Below are positions 1 to 10,935 of a stretch of 64,000 bases of DNA, piece by piece (position 1 is the first letter of the stretch; every line of letters starts with the position of its first letter). A program made the position numbers and the translations under genes. The stretch is from Scenedesmus sp. PABB004 (Eukaryota): contig JABVCE010000029.1 of the NCBI GenBank assembly GCA_014905635.1, forward strand, positions 186,001 through 250,000. Direction: 5' to 3'. Under the pieces are notes generated by a model that did no database searches, was not told where the DNA came from, and saw only the letters and a list, made by a program, of their open reading frames with translations.

Positions 1-950
1 TAGCCGGCATGACATTGCGACACGGAGCCGTCCGGCCGCGCCGATCAGCGGCGCCGCGGCAGCGGCGCAGCGCACGCGCAGCGCGCGAGCGCCGGCGTGC
101 AAGGGCTAGCCGCTAAAGCTGCGCGGCTGGGCGGGGTCAGACAGGCTGGCGGGGTTGATGCCACCCGGGCCTATATGGTGGTGTGGGCCGAGGGCGGGGT
201 TGCTGCTGCTGCTGCCCGCACCGCGCCGCGCCGCGCCCGTTCGCCGATCGCTCTAGTCGAGATCATCATCGACATCGCGGCCACCGGCAGCTCAACAACA
301 GATTCTTTACAGGGGGACGGGGGGCGGGGCAAGGACCCGCCTGTGGTGGTTATTAGCCCGCGCGGATGTTATTAGAAAGGGCGCGGGCGGCGCGGCGGGC
401 TGCGGCGGCGCCGCGCCCGGCGAGGGGCGCGGCGCCGGCGGCGCGTGCAAATAGGGATCGCCACTTCTTGCTGGAAACCCATCGAAAACCCCTCCGCCGC
501 CCCCATTGCACCTGCCAGTTCTTGCGCACCAAACCGCCATCTCCCGCCTCACGGCAGGGAGTGGCCTGTGCCGCGGCCCACAGCCCCCGCGCAGGCGGGC
601 CGACCAGCGCGGCAAGTGTGCACATGAAATACGGCAGCGCCGCTGCCGGGCAGCTGCTGCGCCTGCACCACCAACTCCGGCACCGGCACCGGCGCGCACA
701 CACAGCGGCGCCACCACACCAGCACACGCGACGCGCTGCGGCCGGCGCGCTCACGGGGTGGTGGGGATGGCGACGCTCGTCACCGCGGCTGCGTTCGTGC
801 GCACGAGCGAGCGCCAGCTGCTGGTGATGTCGAACGTGCCGCGCCGCAGCGTGCACCCATTGACGCGATCCGACCACGCGGCGGCCGAGCCGGTCGTCGT
901 AAACGACACCGCGGCACAGTCCGAGTTGTCGGTGCAGCTGTCGAGGCACG
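1..950. repeat. Near-identical direct repeat of 5566-6524 (end of terminal exon, 3' UTR and spacer of the minus-strand cassette); period about 5574 bp
   Basis: Sequence from tagccggcatgacattgcgacacggagccg to tcgaggcacg recurs at +5574 (9-nt indel near the start); ORF-track translations are identical (97..375 = 5671..5949; 366..827 = 5940..6401). Confidence 0.95.
307..311 (-). terminator. Chlorophyte poly(A) signal TGTAA of cassette C
   Basis: ttaca on + strand, 440 nt downstream of the stop at 753-751; UGUAA is the established chlorophyte near-upstream element. Confidence 0.6.
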
Positions 951-2960
951 ACCCCACAAAGGCTGCGCTGGGGCTGCCCGTCGTCAAGGTGCTGATCACC
1001 ACGCCCACGTTGGCAGCCTCGGTGGTGCTGGCGCGCCACCAGCTGAACACGCCGGAGCCCTGGTCCTTGGGCAGCGCTGCCTGCAGGCTGCGCCGCCGGC
1101 TGGCGCTGGTGGGCATGATCTTGTAGGCGATGCGGTTGACGCTGCGCAACGCGCGGCGGGGGGAGGGGCGGGGTGGTCAGGGCGGGGCGGCGGCGCGATG
1201 CTGGCGGCTCGCGCGCGTACGCGCGCAGCCCCCCCCCCCCCCCCCCCCCCCCACCCCACCCCCAGGCCCCCAGGCGGGCGAGTGAGCCGCTCACTCGGTG
1301 GTGCTGCCGTGCGTGAAGTAGAAGCAGCGCTGCGTGGTGCCGGCCGCGTAGTTGTAGCTGAGGAAAGCGCAGTTGCCGGTGCACGCCCCCGCGCAGGCCG
1401 TGAGGTTGGCGTGGCAGGACTCGGTGCCGGCCGCGCCGCACGCCGCCATGCCGGTCGTGGCGTTGGTGCCGAGGAACCAGTTGGCGTCCACGACCTGCGC
1501 GAACGCGACAAAGCACTGGCTGCTGTCGGTCGCCAAGGCCGGCGCGACGTTTGGGGGGCTGTAGGGGTTGTTGGTGCCGTTGAAGTAAAAGTTGTACACG
1601 TTGGTGTTGGTCGGGCACGCGCGGCACGCCGTGTCGTTTGCGGGGCGCCACGAGGGGCCAAACGTCGCCGCCGTGCTGCCGCAGGCGGTGCACACGTTGG
1701 AGAGCGAGGGCGCGCCGCTCGAGGGCGTGCCCATGCCCTGGGGGCACACTGCGGGCGGGCGGGCGGGCGGGCGGGCGGGCGACGTGGTCAGCGGCAGCCA
1801 CGCGCGCGGCCAGCCGGGCGGCAGCCGGGCCCCTGCGGGCCTCGCAGATGCTGCGGGCAGCCCGTCGCGCGTCAGTGCCGCACCTGAGCACTCGGCCAGG
1901 CTGATGGCGCCGGTCGTGCCCAGCTGCGTGTTGAACGTCGTGCCGCCGCCCGGGCAGGTGGTGCAGTTCATGCTGGCAGACGGCGTCCTCGAGGCGCCGC
2001 TGCCGGTGAAGATGGTATTGGTACCGGTGCTGTCTGCGTCCCTGTAGGTGCCTGCGGACCAGCGGCGCGCGCGAGGGGTTCTGACACCGCGCGTGTGCGC
2101 AGGCGCGGCGGCGGCGCGCGCCCAGCCCCGGGCACGCCCGGCCGCGCGCGCGCGCCCCGCTGGGGCTCACCCGCGGAGCAGGGCCGGACGGTGTTGCTGA
2201 CCGCCAGGAACTCGTAGCCCACGGAGAGGAGGTTGCAGGCGTCGCTGCTCGTGCTGTTGGACCCGGCCGTCGTGGTGCCGGTGGGGCAGGTCTTGCAGCG
2301 GTCGGCGGGCGCGGTGGTGCCGTCGTTCCAGGTGCCCTTGGCGCAGAGCGTGGCGATGGCGCCCGTCATGCCGCTGCCGGCGGGCACGGCGCACGCCTCG
2401 GGCGAGATGTAGCCGAAGGAGGAGCGCAGATCGGCGGAGATGCTCGATGCGGTGCTCGTGCCAGCGGGGCAGCTGGTGCAGGGCTTGGCGTCGAGGCCGT
2501 AGGTCCTGTTGGGCGCGCCAAAGGTGTTGCCCGTGCAGTTGACCAGGCGGTACGTGGGCGCGCTGCCGCCGCCGCCCGAGCCCGACACCTGCACCAGGCC
2601 CTGGCCGGCCTCGATGTCTGCGCAGCGGCGGCGCCGCGGCGGCGGGGTCGGCGCGCGCGGCGGCGCTCGACGCGCGGCCCTGCTGCGCGCGCGCCGCGCC
2701 CCGCGGGGCGCGCGCGAGAGGGAGACACTCACAGCACGAGGCGGCTGAGCGCGACACCAGCAGGACGGCGGACACGCCCGCGCCGGTGTCGTTGAGGGCC
2801 ACCACGTTGATCGGCTCGGTCGGCTCCGAGTTGATGCCCGAGCCGCACGAGGTGCAGCTGCGCGTGTCGGTCCTGTCGAGCCAGTCGGTCTGGTACGTGC
2901 CCGTCGCGCAGACCGTGACATTGACAGAAGGGCTGGGCAGGTAGTAGCCGGGCGGGACCT
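751..2960 (-). other. Leaderless 3' exon cassette C of the secreted Cys-rich/PAN-like gene (5 exons, open frame; alternative terminal module or partial duplicate)
   Basis: Exons (E/Q)VPPGYYL...SRSAASC / DIEAGQGL...RPCSA / GTYRDADS...AECS / VCPQGMG...HGSTTE / VNRIAYK...AIPTTP* with GT-AG introns matching those of 8543-6325; no signal-peptide exons; upstream intron donor retained at 3065. Confidence 0.8.
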
Positions 2961-3407
2961 CTGCGGGGGCGGCGGCGGCCGGTCGGTGCGCGGCGGCGGC
3001 CGCGCGCGCGCGCGCGCGCAGGGCCTGCGGGGGCGCGGCGCGCGGCCGGTGCGCGCGGCGCTCACGTGTCCGCTCGACGGCGCGTGCAAATAGGGATCGC
3101 CACTTCTTGCTGGAAACCCATCGAAACCCCCTCCGCCGCCCCCTTGCACCTGCCAGTTCTTGCGCACCAAACCGCCATCTCCCGCCTCGCGGCAGGGAGT
3201 GGCCTGTGCCTCGGCCCACAGCCCCCGCGCAGGCGGGCCGACCAGCGCGGCAAGTGTGCACATGAAATACGGCAGCGGCAGCGCCGCTGCCGGGCAGCTG
3301 CTGCGCCTGCACCACCAACTCCGGCACCGACACCGGCGCGCACACACAGCAGCACACCACAACAGCGCACGCGGCGCGCTGCTGCGGCCGGCGCGCTCAC
3401 GTGCTGC

Positions 3408-5538
3408 TTAGGTGGGGATGGCGACGCTCGTCACCGCGGCTGCGTTTGTGCGCACGAGCGAGCGCCAGCTGCTGGTGATGTCAAACGTGCCGCGCCGCAG
3501 CGAGCACGCCGAGACGGTGGTCACCCACGAGCCCGTGCCGGTGGCCGTAAACGACACCGCGGCGCAGTCAGAGTTGTCGGTGCAGCTGTCGAGGCACGCC
3601 CCCACAAAGGCTGCGCTGGGGCTGCCCGTCGTCAAGGTGCTGATCGCCACGCCCACGTTGGCAGCCTCGGTGGTGCTGGCGCGCCACCAGCTGAACACGC
3701 CGGAGCCCTGGTCCTTGGGCAGCGCTGCGTGCAGGCTGCGCCGGCGGCTGGCGCTGGTGGGCATGATCTTGTAGGCGATGCGGTTGACCCTGCACAGCGC
3801 GCGGCGGGCGGCAGCGGCGGGCGGTCAGGGCAGGCGGCGGTGCTGGCTGGTCGCGTGCGTGCGCCCCGCGGACCCCCCCCCCCCAGACGGGCGCGCGCTG
3901 CTCACTCGCTGGTGCCGCTCGTGTGCCTGAAGAAGAAGCAGCGCGTCGTGCCCGCGGCGCCGGTGTAGTTGTAGCTCAGGAAGGCGCAGCTGGCGTCCAA
4001 CGTGCACGCCCCCACGCAGGCTGTCAGGTTGGCGTGGCAGTCGGTGCCGGCCGCGCCGCACGCCGTCATGTTGGAGGGGCTGTTGTTGAGGTACCAGTTG
4101 GCGTCGACGACCTGCGCGTACGCGACGAAGCACTGGCTGCTGTCGGTCGCGCTGGGCGGCGCGATGTTGGGGGGGCTGTAGGGGTTGTTGGTGCCGTTGT
4201 AGTAAAAGTTGTACACGTTGGTGTTGGTCGGGCACGCCGTGTCGTTCGCGGTGCGCCACAAGGGGCCAAACGCCGCCGCCGCGCTGGGGCCGCCGCACTG
4301 GGCGCACTGGTTGATGCCCGAGGGCGTGGCGCTCGTGGGCGTGCCCATGCCCTGGGGGCACACTGCGCACGGGCAGGCGGGCAACACGGTCAGCGGCAGC
4401 CACGCGCGCGGCCAGCCGGGCAGCAGGGGCCTGGCCTCCAGGCTCCTGCGGGCCTCTGCTGCGGGCAGCAGCCCGTGGGCGCGCGAGCGCGACCGGGTCG
4501 CAGCAGTGCCGCACCCAAGCACTCTGCCGCGCTGACAGCGCCGGTCGTGCCCAGCTGCCCGTTGAACGTTGTGGTGCCGAAGGGGCAGGAGAAGCAGGTC
4601 ACGTTGCTGGTCGAATACACCCTTGTAGCGCCGCTCATGGTGAAGATGGTAGTGCTACCAGTGGTATCTGCGTCCCTGTAGGTGCCTGCGGACCAGCGGC
4701 GCGCGCGCGGGCTCGGACACCGCGCGTGTGCGCAGGCGCGGCGGCGCGTGCCCAGCCCGCGGCACGCCCGGCGCGCGCGCGCGCGCCCCGCTGGGGCTCA
4801 CCCGCGGAGCAGAGCCGGACGGTGTTGCTGACCGCCAGGAACTCGTAGCCCACGGAGAGGAGGTTGCAGGCGTCGCTGCTCGTGCTGTTGGACCCGGCCG
4901 TCGTGGTGCCGGTGGGGCAGGTCTTGCAGCGGTCGGCGGGCGCGGTGGTGCCGTCGTTCCAGGTGCCCTTGGCGCAGAGCGTGGCGATGGCGCCCGTCAT
5001 GCCGCTGCCGGCGGGCACGGCGCGCGCCTCGGGCGAGATGTAGCCGAAGGAGGAGCGCAGATCGGCGGAGGTGCTCGACGCGGTGCTCGTGCCGGCAGGG
5101 CAGCTGGTGCAGGGCTTGGCGTCAAGGCCGTAGGTCCTGTTGGGCGCGCCAAAGGTGTTGCCCGTGCAGTTGACCAGGCGGTACGTGGGCGTGCTGCTGC
5201 TGCCCGAGCCCGACGCCTGCACCAGGCCCTGGCCGGCCTCGATGTCTGCGCAGCGGCGGCGCCGCGGCAGCGGGGGTCAGCGCGCGCGGCGGCGCTCGAC
5301 GCGCGGCCCTGCTGTGCGCGCGCCGCGCCCCGCGGGGCGTGCGCGAGAGCGAGACACTCACAGCACGAGGCGGCTGAGCGCGACACCAGCAGGACGGCGG
5401 ACACGCCCGCGCCGGTGTCGTTGAGGGCCACCACGTTGATCGGCTCGGTCGGCTCCGAGTTGATGCCCGAGCCGCACGAGGTGCAGCTGCGCGTGTCGGT
5501 CCTGTCGAGCCAGTCGGTCTGGTACGAGCCCGCCGCGC
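3408..5538 (-). other. Leaderless, 5'-truncated 3' exon cassette B (open frame, two Cys lost; possible pseudogenic donor)
   Basis: Homology starts mid-exon at GSYQTDWLDRTDTRSC (~5530) and runs to ...VAIPT* (TAA 3410-3408); SPEACAV->SPEARAV and NDTACRACPT->NDTACPT relative to cassette C; 3' UTR cut at ~3080 before TGTAA. Confidence 0.75.
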
Positions 5539-5565
5539 CTGCACCCGCCCGCGCCGCGCGCGTCC

Positions 5566-6524
5566 TAGCCGGCATGACATTGCGACACGGAGCCGCCTGC
5601 GCCGTCCGGCCGCGCCGATCAGCGGCGCCGCGGCAGCGGCGCAGCGCACGCGCAGCGCGCGAGCGCCGGCGTGCAAGGGCTAGCCGCTAAAGCTGCGCGG
5701 CTGGGCGGGGTCAGACAGGCTGGCGGGGTTGATGCCACCCGGGCCTATATGGTGGTGTGGGCCGAGGGCGGGGTTGCTGCTGCTGCTGCCCGCACCGCGC
5801 CGCGCCGCGCCCGTTCGCCGATCGCTCTAGTCGAGATCATCATCGACATCGCGGCCACCGGCAGCTCAACAACAGATTCTTTACAGGGGGACGGGGGGCG
5901 GGGCAAGGACCCGCCTGTGGTGGTTATTAGCCCGCGCGGATGTTATTAGAAAGGGCGCGGGCGGCGCGGCGGGCTGCGGCGGCGCCGCGCCCGGCGAGGG
6001 GCGCGGCGCCGGCGGCGCGTGCAAATAGGGATCGCCACTTCTTGCTGGAAACCCATCGAAAACCCCTCCGCCGCCCCCATTGCACCTGCCAGTTCTTGCG
6101 CACCAAACCGCCATCTCCCGCCTCACGGCAGGGAGTGGCCTGTGCCGCGGCCCACAGCCCCCGCGCAGGCGGGCCGACCAGCGCGGCAAGTGTGCACATG
6201 AAATACGGCAGCGCCGCTGCCGGGCAGCTGCTGCGCCTGCACCACCAACTCCGGCACCGGCACCGGCGCGCACACACAGCGGCGCCACCACACCAGCACA
6301 CGCGACGCGCTGCGGCCGGCGCGCTCACGGGGTGGTGGGGATGGCGACGCTCGTCACCGCGGCTGCGTTCGTGCGCACGAGCGAGCGCCAGCTGCTGGTG
6401 ATGTCGAACGTGCCGCGCCGCAGCGTGCACCCATTGACGCGATCCGACCACGCGGCGGCCGAGCCGGTCGTCGTAAACGACACCGCGGCACAGTCCGAGT
6501 TGTCGGTGCAGCTGTCGAGGCACG
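5566..6524. repeat. Second copy of the 1-950 direct repeat
   Basis: Direct sequence comparison with 1-950. Confidence 0.95.
5881..5885 (-). terminator. Poly(A) signal TGTAA of the full-length minus-strand gene
   Basis: ttaca on + strand, 440 nt past the stop at 6327-6325. Confidence 0.6.
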
Positions 6525-9500
6525 CCCCCACAAACGTCGCGCCGCTGCCCGGCTGCGCGGCTGAGATCGCCACGCCCACGTTGGCAGCCTCGGCCGAGGG
6601 GGCGCGCCACCAGCTGAACACGCCGGAGCCCTGGTCCTTGGGCAGCGCTGCGTGCAGGCTGCGCCGGCGGCTGGCGCTGGTGGGCATGATCTTGTAGGCG
6701 ATGCGGTTGACGCTGCGCAACGCGCGGCGGAGGGAGGGGCGGGGTGGTCAGGGCGGGGCGGCAGCGCGATGCTGGCGGCTCGCGCGCGTACGCGCGCAGC
6801 ACCGCCTCCCCCGCCCCTCCCCCCAGGCAGGCAGGCGGGTGCGCGGCGCTCACTCGGCGGTGTTGTGTGTGAAGACGAAGCAGCGCTGCGTGGCGCCGCT
6901 CGCGTAGTTGTAGGTGACATACGAGCAGTTGCCGGTGCACGCATTCGTGCAGGCCGTCAGGCTGGCGTGGCAGGCTTCGGTGCCGAGCGAGCCGCACGCC
7001 GCCATGCCGGCCGTCGGCGCAGCGCTGGTGCCGAGGTACCAGTTGGCGTCCACGACCTGCGCGAACGCGACGAAGCACTGGCTGCTGTCGGTCGCGCTTT
7101 GCGGCGCAACGTTCGGGGGGCTGTAGACGTTGTTGGTGCCGTTGAAGTAAAAGTTGTACACGTTGGTGTTCAGGGGGCACGCGCGGCACGCCGTGTCGTT
7201 GGCCGGGCGCCACGAGGGGCCAAACGTCGCGGACGCGCCGGTGCCGCCGCACGCGGCGCACTGGTTGGAGATCGAGGGCGTGGCGCTCGTGGGCGTGCCC
7301 ATGCCCGCGGGGCACACTGCGGGCGAGCGGGCGGGCGGCGCGGCGGCGCGGTCAGCGGCAGCCGCGTGGCCAGCCGGCAGCAGGTTAGGCCCCTGCGGGC
7401 CGCTGCTGCTGGCAGCCCGCGGGGCGCGCGCACGCGGCCGGGTCGCGGCGGCGGCGCCGCACCCGAGCACTCTGCCACGCTGACAGCGCCGGTCGTGCCC
7501 AGCAGCGTGCCAAACGTTGTGGTGCCAAAGGGGCAGGCGGTGCAGTTCAGGCTGGCGGACGGCGTCCTCACAGAGCTGCTGACGGTGAAGATGGTATTGG
7601 TACCGGTGCTATCTGCGTCCCTGTAGGTGCCTGCGGGCCAGCGGCGCGCGCGCGGGCTCGGACACCGCGCGTGTGCGCAGGCGCGGCGGCGCGCTCCCAG
7701 CCCCGGGCACACCCGGCGCGCGCGCGCGCGCCCCGCTCACCCGCGGAGCAGGCCCGGATGGTGCTGGGCGACACGTACTCATAGCCCGCGCTGAGGAGGT
7801 TGCAGCTGTCGCTGCTCGTGCTGCTGGACGAGGCCGTTGTGGTGCCGGTGGGGCAGGTCTTGCACCGGTCGGCGGGGTCGGTGGTGCCGTCGTTCCAGGT
7901 GCCCTTGGCGCAGGGCAGCGCGACTGCCCCGGTCATGCCGGTGCCGGCGGGCACCGCGCACGCGTCGGGTGAGATGTAGCCAAACGACGAGCGCAGCGAC
8001 GGGCTCGCGGCGGCCGTGCTTGTGCCGGCGGGGCAGCTGGTGCAGGGCTTGGCGTCGAGGCCGTAGGTCCTGTTGAGCGCGCCAAAGGTGTTGCCGGTGC
8101 AGTTGACCGCGCGGTACGTGGGCGTGGCACTGCTGCCCGAGCCCGACGCCTGCACCAGGCCCTGGCCGGCCTCGATGTCTGCGCGCGCGCGCGGGGGGGG
8201 GGGGGGGGGGGTCAGCACGCGGGCGGGCGTGCGCAGGCGCGGCTCGCACCATATGATGCGGCGACCCGCCGCGCGCGCTGCCCGCGGGGCGCCCGCGCGC
8301 GCGCGCGCGGCTCACAGCACGAGGCGGCGGAGCGCGACACCAGCAGCACGGTGGACACGCCCGCGCCGGTGTCGTTGAGGGCAACCACGTTGATCGGCTC
8401 GGTCGGCTCCGAGGTGACGCCCGTGCCGCACTGGGTGCAGCTGCGCGTGTCGGTCCTGTCGAGCCAGTCTGTCTGGTACGAGCCGGGCGCGCAGGCCGTG
8501 ACGTTGGCAGTTGGGCTGGCCAGGAAGTAGCCGGGCGGGACCTCTGCGGGGTCGTCGGCGGGCGGCCGGTCGGCGCGCGGCGCCGGTCGCACCGCCTGCG
8601 CACACGCGCGCGTGCGCAGAAGCGTGTGGGCCTGCGGGGGGCGGCGCGCGGCCGGTGCGCGCGCCGCTCACGGCAGTCGGCGTCCTCGCGCGAGCCCAGC
8701 CCGCGCGTCCACAGGCCGTTGGGGCAGGGGAAGCGGCCGCCGTTGTCCACGTAGGCGGTGGTGGCGACGCTCTCGGTCTGGCTCGTAACGTTGAGGTAGC
8801 CCGGGCAGGTGAAGTTCTGCGCGCACTGCGTGGGCGTCATGGTGCCGCTGCTGTTGGTCCACTGGAAGCTGGGCAGCAGCACTGCAGGCGCGCGCGGCGC
8901 GGGCGGCGCGGGCGGCGCGGGGTCGGTCAGGCGGGCCCCCAGCGGGGCGGCGGCCGCGCTGCAGGGGGGGGTGCTGGCGGGCCTCGCCGGCGGGCCTCGC
9001 CGCGCGCGCGGCGCTTGGCCCCGCCCTCACCCTTGCAGTCGTTCCCGGAGCTCTTGCCGGCCGTCACCGTGGTGCAGCCGCGGGCGCACTTGTTGCACTT
9101 GTCAGAGCCGGCATCGCCGGGGGCGACCCAGCCGGCGCGCCACTCGCCCCTCGGGCAGCGCATGGCGCCGGACGAGAGCGACCAGAAGCGCCCGGACTCG
9201 ACGACTGTGCCGGGGCAAATGGGGGGGGGATTTTTGGGGAGGGGGAGTGGAGGGATTGGGGAGGGGGGTGCGGGGGTGCGGGGGCGCCGGGGGGGGGGGG
9301 GGGGTCAGGAGTGCACAGCACGGCACGGCGCGGGCGGTGCGCGCACGCTCCGGCGCCGTGACGGTGGCGCCAGAGGTGGCGGGCGCCGCAGGCGCCACTC
9401 ACGGCACACGCTGACGTTCGTGCGGGCCTGGGGCCACGTGGTGCTGGTCCCGATGACGACGTCCACGGTCTTCAGGCCCTTGGCGCAGGGCGTGCAGGCC

Positions 9501-10392
9501 GGCTGGCGGCGGAAGCCGTTGGAGTAGGAGTGCGCGGGGCAGGGCTGCGCGCTGGGGTTGTTGCTGGCGTCACCGCGGATGTAAAAGAACCCCGGCTTGT
9601 TGACTGCGCAGGGGGGGGGGGGGGGGGGGGTAGGGGGGTCAGCGCATGTGCGTGCGCGCATGCGACGACGCTGCCCTCTGCCGCAGGGGGCCCTTCGCGC
9701 CCCGGCGTGCGCGGCGCGCGGCGCGCTCACCGCAGGCGCTGCGCGACGAGGAACGCGGCCCGCGCGTGGTCAGGCCCCAGGTGGTGGCCGTCTCAGTGTT
9801 GTTGGGGTCGGTGGCGTTGTTGAAGTTGCAAGACTGCAGCCCGTTGGGGCCCACCGACGCCGTCATGCTGCCGCCAGGGCTGCGCGGCGACAGAGGCGGC
9901 GGCAGAGCGGCGTCGCACGGTGCGGCGGCAGCAGGCCTCCGCGGCCCGCTGCGCCGGCGCGCGCGCCGCACCAGAAGGAGCCCACGGGGCACGCCGTGCA
10001 GTTGCCATCAGTGCTTGACACGAGGTAGAGGCCCGGCCGACAGCCACAGCTGCCGTCGCGCGACACGACGCGGTTGCCGAGGCAGTTCGTGCAGCGGAAG
10101 CCGCCGGCCGTCGCCGCCGGCACGCACGAGTTTGCCTCGCAGCCGTCGGGGCAGTTGTCCTGACCACCGTCCGACTGCATCAGCCGCCGGCCGGCTCCTG
10201 CGCGCGTGGAGAGGGAGTGAGAGGCTTGCCGGCCCTGGCCTTCCGGCCTGCCCCCTGCGCGCCGCGCCCAGCCTGCTGCGGCAGCTAAACGCATATCTGG
10301 GAGCACCCCGCACCTCCAGCTGCGGCGCTGCCGGCCAGGGCGAGCAGCGCGAGCAGGAGAAAGGCCCGCGAGGGGCGGGCTGGGTGCGCCAT
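6325..10392 (-). CDS. Secreted Cys-rich protein (CxxC / ephrin-receptor-like GCC2-GCC3-type repeats plus two PAN/apple-like modules); about 11 exons
   Basis: Exon 1 (10392-10314) MAHPARPSRAFLLLALLALAGSAAAG is a signal peptide (in-frame upstream ATG at 10422); then RRLMQ...CPDGC, CTACPVGSFWC, VNKPGFFY...PCPAHSYS, CTSCPAGTST, CLDSCTDNSDCAAVSF; GT-AG introns; no transmembrane tail. Domain names are assigned from Cys spacing only. Confidence 0.85.
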
Positions 10393-10422
10393 GGGCTGCG
10401 CGCGAGCGAGTATCCGTGGCAT

Positions 10423-10885
10423 GGTTCCGGAGTCTGGGGAGCACTGTGAAGGCCTTGGGCGGCAGCGGGGAGCTGCTCAGCGGTCGGCGCTCGCCGGGCT
10501 CGCCGCAGCGGCGAGGAAGGACAGGGGTCGCCCCGGTCGCGAGGGTGCCGCAGCCGTGTTCGGGCCGCGTCAACGAGCTCTCTGAACTGTCAGGAGTGCC
10601 CCGGACCCGGCGTCGCGGGCTGGCGTGCGCCCGGCGAGCGGGGCCAACGGCGAACCGGCGACCTTCGCTGCCGACCTCTGCGAAGCGGCGACCACCCCAA
10701 ACCTCCTCGCCGCGGCCCCCGCGGGGCCCGCCGCCCGCGCAGTGTCTAGTATCAACCGAGGAGAGGCGGTTCCACGGCATCAGCGACGCCACGGCCCCGC
10801 GCGTAGGGTGCTAGCTCGGCGCCCACCTGGAGACTAGAGCTGCGGCACCGCCCCGCCCGCTCGGGCCGCCCGCGCTCTAGCCGGC
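10423..10885. promoter_or_regulatory. Probable bidirectional promoter / 5' region between head-to-head paralogs
   Basis: About 0.5 kb separates ATG 10392/10422 (-) from ATG 10936 (+); the block ccggcgagcggggcc(a/g)acggcgaaccggcgac at ~10631 recurs upstream of paralog 2 at ~17014. Confidence 0.5.
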
Positions 10886-10912
10886 ATGATCTTCGACCAA
10901 CGTGCCACGTGA
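10886..10912 (+). promoter_or_regulatory. Short uORF MIFDQRAT* upstream of paralog 1
   Basis: ATG 10886, TGA 10910-10912; equivalent uORFs at the same offset in paralogs 2 and 3. Confidence 0.45.
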
Positions 10913-10935
10913 GGAGCCGCAGCAGTGCCAGGCCC

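Noticed and set aside
5565..5578. 13-nt match ctagccggcatga shared with the paralog 1 leader (10877-10889)
   Set aside because: Too short, and the flanks do not align convincingly, to claim a captured promoter fragment.
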